A stretch of DNA of 64,000 nt from the NCBI GenBank assembly GCA_051530055.1, contig CM121343.1, positions 1,644,389-1,708,388 on the forward strand, in the 5' to 3' direction. Below the pieces are notes generated by a model. That model saw only the letters and a list, made by a program, of their open reading frames with translations. It was not told where the DNA came from and did not search any database. Source of the stretch: Neoechinorhynchus agilis. Its lineage: Eukaryota; Animalia; Acanthocephala. Position 1 is the first letter of the stretch; every line of letters starts with the position of its first letter. The position numbers and the translations under genes were made by a program. Of this stretch, positions 11,649-23,199 are shown one piece after another.

Positions 11649-12959
11649 TTTTTAGATCATGATGTATAAGGCTTACAAGTGCTTCGTCCGTCGATGATGT
11701 TCATGGAGATTAAAGCAAGAGATACAAACGCTGTAAGATCTTTTATAATAAATGTACAGCGAATACGAAATCAGGTTAGACATGAACGGGACATAAAATT
11801 GTAGATCGAAATATTACAGTAAAGAAATATGCTAAAAATAAGTTTTGGGTTTTCCCTGACCAAATTTTGAACAATTTTCGAAAGCAATGGAGACATCATA
11901 CTGTTATTTTTACAATTATCGAATCCGAGATATAGGATTGAGATGGAAGCCTTAGCGTCTTTTAGCAATATTGCGACGACTAGGTTAAAAGTACTTGATC
12001 GCAAAACCAATAAAATCGATCAGTCATTCTAAAAATGCGGCGTCAACAGGATTTTCGGAAATTAACGATATTTTCAGGTATTGACGTTGAATAATAACGT
12101 TTTAATTGCATTGCTCAAAGATCAACGTTCCTAAGGGATTCATTTTGCTAATTTCGGAAATCAGAAAAAATATATGGCTGAAGTCATCGACTCATCCTTT
12201 CAAACTCCGATCGCTATGGCTATAGGACCTGAAATTCCAAAGGACGACCCTGAGAAAGATGATGATGTTGCGATGATAAATACACCCCTTCGAGAAGCTC
12301 ATGAGAGCATCGATTTCGAGTCTCTAATTTTGAAGCCAAGAAATCATTTTCCAGAAAAAAGAAGCTTGTGAAATCTGAAGAATCATCGCAAAGTGAAAAA
12401 TTTTACAAAAACACTGAAAATACGGAGGAATCGCAAAAACCAATTAATCACGATTTGCCGTTTTACTGCAGGGGATTACGCATTGGACTTTATAAGGATT
12501 GCGGGACATGGAATTTAGACTGGATTCATCGAATGTTCCGACAATTCATGTCAAAAGAAATTACAGCACAAGACCTTTAAGCATTACAAATCAAATAACT
12601 ATGAAAAACGATGATAAATAACGTTGAGAACGATAAATATTAATACTTAATTGAACTTGTGAACGCAAAATTAACAAATGCGGTTCAAAGTTCCATGGAA
12701 TCAAAATAATAAGTTATTCAATCGAATGACGCAAGTTCGGTAAGTTAAAACAGGAAATTGTATCAAAATAAAGATGAACGTATAAAAAAACAAGTCGAAA
12801 TCGATTTGTTGGTGATGTGAATCAGATGATTTTGCGTTTCAAGTTTTACGTTACTTCCTTTTTTCCGCTGCGACTTTCACGTACGGCATAGAAAACTTAA
12901 CAATTCTCTTGAAGTCTTTATCAAGAATTAAAAACAAATGTGAAAATTGCTAAGTCGCA

Positions 12960-13170
12960 TCCGGGAAACTCCGTCTTAACCGGTCATCACTATTACAAAT
13001 TTACATTCTCATCTGAAGAAGCTGAAATGCTCGATCGTTTTTAAAGTCATTCACAAAAAGAGCAAATCTACAACGTTTTTGGAACTACGAAGCAAAGCTC
13101 GCGGTCGATGCGAAGAGTAAAAAACGTGTATAAACGAAAGAAACGCGTTTATATTTCTTAAAACGTCGAT
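12960..13170. repeat. Dispersed ~200-380 bp repeat (inverted copies at ~21640-21970 and ~22455-22840)
   Basis: Shared string ccggtcat...tacaaatttacattctca...gaaatgctcga...agcaaatc.acaac...gtcgatgc, seen as the reverse complement at the two other loci. Confidence 0.8.
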
Positions 13171-13249
13171 TGAGTTTTCTCTCTTCCGATTTGTTTTCCT
13201 GTGATTTCGAGCACTTATGAAAATATTTCTCATCAAAATTTCAATTGTA

Positions 13250-14720
13250 TTCTACATTCGCTTAATAGAAATAAATCCCCAAAAATGCGAACTTCTCATC
13301 CTGAACGCAACTGAAAACCAGTGCTCTCAAATCTCTAGCGATTTTGAATCAGTTGCGCCTGGTCTAGGTTTGATCACCCTTGACCAGCTCACACTCCTCG
13401 GGAGCTGCGTTCTTGCTGAGAATGTTGCGAAGGACCTGCGCGCACAAATCCCGAAAATGGAGTTGCTCTGCGGCCGAACTTCTGAGTTTTCGGCACATGA
13501 AGGTCTCTTCTTGATCAAGAATTGCCTCTATATGCCGAAATTGCTTCATAAGCTAAGAGCAGCTCCATGTTTCGGAGAAGACAATTTGTTAGGAGAGCTC
13601 GACGGGGTAATTCGTAAGCAGCTGGGACATATATTGAATGTCAAATTTTCTGACACAGGTTGGCGACAGGCTACTTTTCCCACGACTTATGGTGGTTTGC
13701 GAGTACGCACCACTTCAGACGTCGCTTTACCTGCCTTCCTCTCCTCTTGCCGGGCAAGTAAAGTCTATGTCGATGCCATTTTAGGCAAATCGCTGAAGGA
13801 TGCGATCTTTGAAACAGGATTATATCAATGGCATCAATTGACAGGCATCAACCAGCTCCCCGCAAATGAGTGCAAGCAGTCGTCTTGGGACATTCCTCTT
13901 GTTCAGAAGATTCACAACTCTTTCAAAGATCTTCTGGATGAGGTGTCTCAGGTCCGGCTGGTAGCCTGTTCCACGAAGGAGCCGGGAGCGTGGTTGAATG
14001 CTCTCCCTGTAGGGAAACTTGGAACTCTCCTTGCTGACTCAGTCGTCAGGATCGCAGTATCCTTGAGATTAGGCCTACCGATTTGCATCCCGCATCGCTG
14101 CCGCTGCGGCACTATAGTGGACTCTTCGGGGAGACACGATCTCATATGCAAGACGTCAGCGGGACGATTTCCAAGGCATGCTGAAATCAATGCCATTCTG
14201 AGTAGGACCCTAAAAACGCTTTACCTTCCAAACATTCTAGAACCCACTAATCTTTGTAGATTAGATGGAAGACGCCCTGATGGCGTGACCGTATTTCCTT
14301 GGCGGGAGGGAAAATGTTTGTTGTGGGATGCAACGTGTGTGGACACGTTGGCAAACTCCAACATCAGCCATTGGAAAAAAAGATCCAGGAGGAGCGGCGA
14401 CGGCTGCAGAGGATCGGAAATGCTCAAAATACAGGGAGCTAATCCGAAATTACCATTTTGTCCCCTTCGGTGTGGAAACGTATGGGCCCTTGGGAGGGTC
14501 GGCACTAGCCCTCCTGAAGGACTTGGGGAAACGAATCAACGCGGCAACTGGAGAGCCAAGATCGACGTCGTTCTTGGCGCAAAAAATAAGCATTGCGGTG
14601 CAGCGGGGCAATGCGGCTAGCATTTTGGCAAGCGCCGATGAATGGGAGCGTTGATTAAGCTATAAATTATGTATGCTTGCTTGAAAAAACTCTTTCGTAA
14701 AAAAAATTAAAAAGTTGAAG
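13250..14720 (+). mobile_element. CRE-clade non-LTR retrotransposon, 5'-truncated, best-preserved copy
   Basis: ORF 13217-14620 with frameshifted tail 14328-14654: RT thumb, GAWLNALP, CRCG...GRHDLIC...RHAEIN, RPDG, WDATCVDT, FVPFGVETYG, ISIAVQRGNA; A-rich tail about 14700. Confidence 0.9.
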
Positions 14721-14749
14721 TTTTAAAAAATATCTCTTAAACTATAAAA

Positions 14750-15560
14750 CAACTGAAAATTCATTGCAACTGTTGGATTTCGTCGATGAGGCACTACTGC
14801 TAATTGCAGAGGTTGTAGGCACGATGCAAAAACCTTTGAATATACCCATTTTTATGCTATTGTTATGGGCACTCACCCGATAAATTTTTTCTAAAGAAGT
14901 TTCGAACCTCGTCGGATTCATCATCAGTTCTAAAATACAAGTGGTTAAATGGTTATTCTGCTCTCAGTTGCCCTCATGATTGATTGTATTGCTAGATTTT
15001 GTTAGCCACGAAGACGTAGTTCGCTTCGACGTTACCACCCTCTGCATCTTGGATCGTTTAAGTTCGGCCAATCTCGTCTTCGGATTTCGACCTGCATTGA
15101 CTACAAGAAACCTTGTAGACAACATTCCTCTTTTCTACCAACTGGTATTTCCGGGAAGGAAGGTTCCTTATTGGCATAGAATCGGTAGGCCGCTGCCCTT
15201 AAATATGCTAGGAATTTTGTTTCGCCAGCAGTTGGTTTGTGGAGGCCTATGTCCGGCTCCACGGTGGTTTCATTTGAATTACTTTTTTCGCTTGGTCCCC
15301 TTGCTAGGGCGCTGCATTGCTGAAAATTCATTGCAACTGTTGGATTTCGTCGATGAGACACTACTGCTAATTGCAGAGGTTGTAGGCACGATGCAAAACC
15401 CTTTGAATATACCCATTTTTATGCTATTGTTATGGGCGCTGTTCCAAAATATATAATTGCTTGTTTGAGTTGGTTTTCTGTAAACCGATGCAGTCATTCG
15501 TGTTCGGTTTTTTATTATCATTATGTCTAGACAGCGTGAATCGCTGCTTGATTTTCCAGG
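14750..15560 (-). mobile_element. Rearranged Penelope-like fragments with a family A hammerhead arm
   Basis: CLDIMI...SVYRKPTQTSNYIFWNSAHNNSIKMGIFKGF (PLE thumb) and VVYKVSCSQC (GIY-YIG start). One arm, CTGATGATGAATCCGACGAGGTTCGAAACTTC (14927-14896), is joined directly to PLE coding sequence. Confidence 0.8.
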
Positions 15561-15899
15561 TGCATGTCTCAATTTTAATTTAATTTGAAATACACGACTT
15601 AGATCGCCGTTTTACGGCTTCAACTGCGAAATCAAAAATGTGAGATGGAACGGCACAAACAGGTCACGAAATCCGCATCAACTCCATTAGCTCATCCCTC
15701 TAGTTAATGAGGTGCATCCGCCCACCCTCATCGGACCTATTCATTGTGAATTTGTTTTTGCGTTAGAATGCATTGGATTGGCAAGCACTGGGTGAGCCCC
15801 CCTTTTTTGCACATAATACCTTCCATTGAATTTGAAACTTGCCCCGCAGGCTAACTCCAACAAACTCTAAATGTTTACTAGCATCAATTCCTTGAAGAA

Positions 15900-18400
15900 C
15901 GGGAGGGAGGTATGAGATCGCCGCATTTATGGCATCCTCCACTCGGACGTTGGTATAGATGGATGCAATTAAGTTCTAGAACGAAGTATAACACGGAACG
16001 TCCAAATCGAATAACTACTCTTCTAGTAAAAGAGCTCCGGAGATGTGGCATTGACATCACCACTCTCATCGAGACCCAGCCCCTAAACGACGGTAAAATC
16101 CAAGAATGCGGACTCTCGGCGCAATTGTCGTTATGTTATAGGATCTTTTTACCAATCTCTCCGGCAAATACTGACATCAGACAAACTTGTGCAAAATGAT
16201 GTATGAGCCGCAACTATTGGTCTGAACTTAATCGGACATTTGTGTACCTTGGCAAATAGGTACTGTCATGGATTTCCTTTAACAAATCTATGCCTCTCTG
16301 CATCCTCCTTGATATGTTGGAATATAATGATCCATTGTGTAACAAAATAGGAATAGCGTTCCATCATCCCCAGGGGTATACTCAAGTTCTCTTTTACAGC
16401 TCCTCCGATGGAATTACTCCTATTTTCTGATTGTAATCCTCTTTTTTCAGAGCTACCGTTATATAGTAGAAGAAGGCGAACGGTTAGAACATAAACAACA
16501 TCAAGATAAATGATAATATAAACATTCCAGTCGACGATATCACTGAAGAAATGTTTCAAACTTTATGGGAAGGAGCTCCTAATGTTTATATACGTAAGTG
16601 TATTAGATATCACGAAATTTGATCATTTTATTTATTTACGACTGATTTCAGATCATTATGTATAACGGCCTACAATTGCTTCGTCCGTCGATGATGTTCG
16701 TGGAGATTTATGCTAGAGGTAGAAACGCTCTAGGATCTTTTATAATATATGTACAACAAATTCGAAATTAGGTTAGGCATGAACAGGAAATTTATATAAC
16801 TGCAATTGAAGAGTACATAAAATTGTAGATTGTAGATCGAAATATTACAGTAGAAAATATGCTAACGGAACATCATGTCCCCATAAATTTCTCAGAGTAA
16901 AATATCCGAACTCTTCTGGACAAGTAAAACACGGAACGTCCAAACCGAATACCTGTTCTTGTAGTAAAAGAGCCCCGGGGATACGGCATTGACATCACCA
17001 GTCTCATCGAGACCCAGCTCCCAAACGACGGTAAAATCCAAAAATGCGGCTTTAGATACACTTTTGGAAAGGAGAAAGAGTTGAGAATCCATTTTGTAGG
17101 ACACGCCCTAAAAACGAAATTAGTTGAGGAGCACAGTATACATCCTGTCAACGTCAGTGAAATCTACCACCTCCACCCATCTCATTGTTATCTCTCCTAA
17201 CGCACCAAATCTCGGCGCAACTGTCGTTATGTTAAAGGATCTTTTTACCAATCTCTCCGGCAAATACTGACATCTGTCCCAAAAACCGACAAAATCTTAC
17301 TTTTTGGTGATTTTATAGCCCGGATCTTCAGTTACCATGAACTGTGATCCAAGTTCATTGGTCCTTTAGGGAAAATGACACAGAGATTGCAACGCTCATT
17401 GAATAAAAAACCAAAAGATAGAATTGCCTCTTAAAGCGATCCTCGATCTACATTGAAGAAGGAACAATTTCGTAAAACTAAAGCGCTCATTCAGAAACGC
17501 ATTCGCCATATTCAAAACGATTAATGGGCCACGTAGTCCGGGGAACTCCAATAACATGCTGACCACCACTACATGAAAAATTTCTTCGCTTGTGCTCTTG
17601 CCTGGTCCCAATCCGAATTCATCAGCCTCAATGAAGGTTACTGACGGCACAACCACAATAACAACCGAAGAAAAAATCCGCTAAGGCTGGAGGAACCACT
17701 TCCCCACTCTCCTAAATGCACCATTAATAGCATCCTAGAGGCTTTTTATCCCGTCACTCGATTTTCAATAAAACCTCACACGGACATGCCATTGACTCTC
17801 GATGAATTGAGTAGAGTAATCAGGCAGACTAAGAACAATAAATTCCACGGCTCAGGCGACATACCAACTCTGTTGTTTAAGTACGGAGGATATTAAGTCC
17901 GAACAAAGATTTGCAAAAGTTGATACTCTTAAGATAACCCAACCGACTTACGGAATCCAGTTATCGTACCAATCTTCAAAAAAGGGAGAAAGATCCATAT
18001 GCCGAAACTGTCGAGGAATCTTGCCACTATCCACGGTGCTGAACTACTTGCAAGAATCTTCCTGAATATGCTGCTCCTCGTGGAAGGAATTCTGCCTGAA
18101 AGCCAAAATGGATTCCGGACCCAGAGGGGGACCATCCATGCAATCGCCGGCGACCGTCAGCTTCAAGAAAAGCCAAAGAACGTACAAAACCTCTCCTTCT
18201 GACCATGTTTTACCTATCCAAAGCCTTCAGCTGCCATGCGGCATCTCTGCACGAAGGAAGGACTGCCATGGTCAGATATAAAGTCAACTGACGGAATCGT
18301 TCCCAATCGGAGTGAAACAAGGTTTCGTCCTCGCTTCAGCACTCTTCTCCATCTACCTAACAGCGTTCTTGTATCACACGAAATGACAGATCTATGACAT
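15900..18400 (+). mobile_element. RTE-like retrotransposon remnants (APE N-terminus duplicated, RT fragment)
   Basis: ERPNRITTLLVKELRRCGIDITTLIETQ (APE start) at ~15990-16110 and again at ~16930-17045; GILPESQNGFRTQRGTI...RQLQEK (RT) at 18080-18170. Confidence 0.7.
16460..16860 (+). pseudogene. Partial duplicate of the TFIIE-alpha-like 3' end and 3' flank
   Basis: aaacattccagtcga.gatatcactgaagaaa...caaactttatgggaagga and downstream sequence match about 11460-11830 with scattered substitutions and indels. Confidence 0.85.
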
Positions 18401-18972
18401 TCAAATCCGATGTCGTTATGACATTTATAGATTTTGTCGAATTCTTGACCCTTATTATATCTTGGCAAAAAATATTTTTTATTTTACTCAGCCATTTTGT
18501 TTAACTCTTGGCTTCAGTAAAACCAGATATTTTCAATCGTACCTGCATATGAAATATAAAAGTTTCCGGGTGGTTTTTTCATTGGCGTACCCTCTTAAAA
18601 TAGTTGCTACCTGAGACTATTGCAATTCGATTGTCTTGCTTGAAAAAGTTTTGTTCTACAAGGGAAACCGCCCAATGTTGTATTGAATTATTTTCCGTTT
18701 ATTCTAGGATTTAAAACCTAAACCATGGATTTTATTCGGATTTTTAAGAATCGTTCATATTTTTGATCTCAAGTTTTGGATTTTTCAATTTTATTTTTTA
18801 TGAAGGTCTTCGATTTTTGTAAAAGATAAGATAAATTTATGTGATTATCACTATAAAAAGAAACTAACACCCAAACAAAATTGAAATTTACTAATCTATG
18901 CTTTATTGAAAACGCCGGCAGTAAACAAATTATTTTTTAGTCGAATAGCTCGCTCCATCCGCGATTTCAAAC

Positions 18973-20115
18973 TTAGCATCCCTGAAGGAAGTCGCTGACT
19001 GAAAAATAGATGCCCATCTCTTTGAAGTGTTTTGCAACTTCCTGGTCGATCTTGTTGTAGTCTTCTAAACTCTTTATATAAAACAATCTACGGTTGACCT
19101 TTGCAATGGTATTCAAAAGTAAATCTTGCGCCACGGATCTTTCAATACTTTCCTTGATCGAAATTGCAGTTTGAAAAGCATTGGCGATGTCATTATCAGT
19201 TCTAACCCGAACCATCTCCCATTCACCTCCGGCAACAACGCATTCAATTATCTTTTCATGGCAATGAAACAATTCATCCGTGAGTCGAATCCGAGCAAAC
19301 GGCTCCTGGTAATTTCTTACATACAGCAGCCCGCTAGATCCTATTTTTCGCTTTTCCATCACATGTCGAGGAATAACCAACTTGAAATCGACCGAATTCA
19401 ATGGTGGAGGTTTATATTTTAGCAGCTTGTCAAAGGTACCAAAAATATACGACATATCAACGGGCTGAAATATAAGACCGTCTTCTTGATGGGTTATCTA
19501 ATTTTGAAACATCCCATTAAAAATTTGTTTAGTGAACATGAGGACGTAAAAATCCTTCTTTTTAATCCGAAAAGGCTCTCGACTTCGGTCTATAGTTCCG
19601 TATTCGATAATAGCACGATAACGAGGCTGCATAATCTCCCTCCAAATGAGTTCCGATCGTTTGTCATAATTCAGTTCCTTACCTGCAGCATGCCCGTTGA
19701 ATGCCAAGACGTCAAATATAAGGAAATGGAGGAATCCGTGTATCACCCACGACATCGTCCACCATCTCTCCATCAAGCAAAGTCTGACGAAGATCGTCTG
19801 CAGTGCCACGGTTCGTTACAAACGTAAGATTGTTTACCTTGAAGATTGAATTGCGTCTGTCGATCATATAAATTCGTTTTACTCTCGAATGAAAAGCAAG
19901 TACCGGGTTCCGTCGGCCTTGCAGCTTTCTCGATAACTTAATTGCCGTTGGCTACCGATGAACCCCCCTCCATGACTAACTGGGCAAAGTTCTGTAATGT
20001 TTTGCTGAATTTCGTCGATTTTTCTTTGGTCGGTGTCGTATCTCAGTCGATAGACGTACGGAACATCTACCGAGAAGCCCTGTTGGCCGGCTTGCGTCTT
20101 CAAGCGAACCATCAA
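18973..20115 (-). pseudogene. RNGTT: mRNA capping enzyme (guanylyltransferase domain) pseudogene
   Basis: Collinear motifs GFIGSQ, KADGTRYLLFI, MIDRRNSIF, TLLDGEMV, FLIFDVL, EPFRIKKKDF, QEDGLIFQP, LLKYKPPPLNSVDF, KIIEC...WEMVRVRTD. At least two frameshifts, an in-frame TAG (19498-19500) and a deletion before the KxDG motif; no introns seen. Confidence 0.85.
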
Positions 20116-23100
20116 GAATTGAAGGATTTGTTATTGTTGGTCTCCAACATTTCGGATTTTAATGAAATCCATCTTCAGGGTAACAATAAAACAAACCCGA
20201 AAGAAATCAACACACTTCTATTTCTACGTCATTACAATTGGCTATTTAATCTGAGACCACTGAACATCTCATTATATTTGACATTGATTGAGAGTTTGTC
20301 ATGACGGATGATCATTGGCTCAGCCAATCTTAGGATCCTGAATTTGGTTTTTAAAGTTTGAAAGATAGACGCCTCCATGTTGATCCTTCATGTACTTATG
20401 TATTCTTATCTATGTTGCCTTATCCTGTTGCAGGTCTCCAGTGTGGATGTTCGAGGTTTGGTCTAAAAGCATGATCGGTTTGTTCGAGAGAGAAGCATCG
20501 AACTTGCGTTCTTTTTTTGTCGATCCACTGTTTTCACATAGATGTCCAGTATTCTCTGCAGGGCTGTCCGTCTTTATGAAGAAGGAATTATCTCCTCTGA
20601 TCTTGTCCCTCATTCTTGTTTGTGATCTCTTGATTGCTACGTCAATTACTTTCAACGGATATCCTGCTTCTAAGCCTGTTTTATTCTTGTGAACTAAGAT
20701 TATAGCGCTAAGAAAAATTACGGAAGATGGTAAAGATATATTTAACAAACTGATCAAGAAATTAATGTTACTAACATTCTTTTCAATATATTAACATCTA
20801 CATTCAGTGATTTGAAATAATATATTTGTCCAAAGCGAGAGATCGAGTTCAATACCTCTTCCATGAACTCACTCTCGTTCTTAAATGGAAATAAACACAA
20901 AATTTGTTAACTAAACATTCACAGGTTTTGTAGAATACACACGATTTGAATTCAAAGCATCGAACACAAAATTCGATAAAATTTCCGCTTATCTCTTATT
21001 AAGATTCTCGGGCCGAATTTGTTGACCAATTTCTGTATGAGATGTTTAAACCAAATGTTTTTTGTATTAATATTCATCTGCAACAACATCGGAACTATTC
21101 CTGAGCGCTGGACTTCCTCCACAGAGATGATTTCTCCGAATACTCGGCATACCCAATCTCCGCTAATTATTGTAAAATTTTTGTCAATGCCGAAATAGAG
21201 TTTAAGAAATTTCTCCAAGCATTCCATTGTGTGTCGACGTTTCTCCTCTTAAAGGTTCCTTTTTGGTTTTTTCCAGTATCAATATTTTAACTTCATGACT
21301 TACCGGTTTTGTGCGAATTTCAGTCGAGCCTTTAGAAATCTTTTCATCACAACCTTCAGCCCCTGAGTTAACCTTTGTTCGCGATTCACTGATGTTTGAG
21401 GATGATTCGACTATAACTTCAGGTCTCGTATCTCTTGGAGAACGTTTGAATTCTGTAATTTCAAATGATGTTTCATTTTTGCGTTTAGTTACACTTTTGT
21501 CCTCGGTTGAAGCTTTTGTCATATCTGGAGCAGATATTGAATATTCACAAATTGGGTTTTCGTTTCGTTTATAGAAATTTGGATTAAACTATGAAAAGGG
21601 AAATCAAAACTTAGAAATGTCGACGTGGTGCGAACGACGTTTAAAAAAATTTAATCGCGTTTTTTGGTTTATAAACGTTTTTCATTCTCCGCATCGACTG
21701 CGCATGTTGATTCGTAATTTCGAAACAGTTGTCGATTTGCTCTTCTGCGTGATTTCAAAAGAGCTCGAGCATTTCGGCTTATTAAACTGAGAATGTAAAT
21801 TTGTAAAAGTAATGACCGGTTAAAACGGCTGTATTTGGTCCTGAAAAAGTGCCAATAATTGATACGAATTTCCCATTGGAGTTATGTAAAAATGACGTTA
21901 AATTCAGAGGCAAACAAAGTGATTTGATTTATCTATAACTGAATCAATATGAATTTTTGACCAATATTTCTGTTAAAGTAATAAAATTTCATCATATTAA
22001 GACGATTCTTCGGGATGGTAAGTATTGAATAATGGAGAACATCATTTCGGTTAAAGCTTCCTTTATTATTATGAAATACTTCGAAAGAGGAAACCACGCC
22101 TCATCAGTCATCTTAAAATGTTTGTGTTTGTTAAATTTCATTCTTTTCGTTCACGAATTCCTCCTTTTTGTCCAATTCTGCAACTGTCATCATGATTGTT
22201 CGGCAGCTTCCTTGATGGCCGCGGCATTGCCGCGCTGATTCGTTGCATCAGGAAGCTGCTGGAGCGCATGTCGCCGGTGGCATATCTCAGCATCTTTCCC
22301 AGTTGGGAGAGGAAATTCTTTTTATTTTAGTATTCTAAGCCAGGGCAAACAGGCACACCATTAGCAAGGTTGGGACTAGAATTTGTCCGCTCGGAACCCT
22401 GCACTGTATCGTGTGTCCCATTGATGAGAGAAATCGAAAACTTTGAAATGTCGTCTTAGTTTCTTTCGTTTATACACGTTTTCCACTCTTCGCATCGACC
22501 GCGAGCTTTGCTTCGTGGTTCCAAAAACGTTGTAGATTTGCTCTTTTTGTGAGACTTTAAAAACGATCGAGCATTTCGGCTTCTTCAGATGAGAATGTAA
22601 ATTTGTAAAATTGATGACCGGTTAAGACGGAGTTTCCCTGGATTAATAATCAATAAAACGTTTATTGGGTTTTCATGAACACCCGAATTAGCCGGAGGCA
22701 ATTTTCACATTTGTTTTTGGTCCTTGATAAAGACCTCCAGGGAAAGTTTTTAGTGAAAAAGTGCCAGCCATTGATAGAAATGTTCCATGGAAAACAAAGT
22801 GATTTGATTTGTCTATAACTGAATTTTTGACCAACAATTTTTATCCCTTGGCTTTGTTTGTAACTCCTTCTTATCGTTCATTTGGGATAAACTTTTGCCC
22901 TCAAAGTTTAAGTAATCAAACGTATTTCAGCTTTTCGTAACCAATAAGTTGAGAATATTTGATGGTCTCTAAAATACTATGACTGAGCTGCAGATATTTT
23001 GGTATGACTCACGAGTTAATCTAAACCAATTTTATGGATAATGAGCTAAGTTTGGTTACCTGGACACATTTGTAGAGCATTCAGACGGCGACTAACAATA

Positions 23101-23199
23101 ACATCTAGAAAAAATTGATAGTTCGCTCATTTGATGGCATTATGTCTCGAATCCAACACTTTTAGCTTTTCGATATCGTTGTTATCTTCGATAATGAAG

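Noticed and set aside
13010-13050. CTGAAGAAGC(T/C)GAAATGCTC in the dispersed repeat as a hammerhead
   Set aside because: Only 4 nt separate the core from GAAA, so stem II cannot form, and helix III is not a clean palindrome. It may be a decayed pLTR.
18973-20115. Endogenous giant-virus insertion (capping enzyme)
   Set aside because: The motifs and spacing follow the animal RNGTT type and no viral hallmark genes are nearby.
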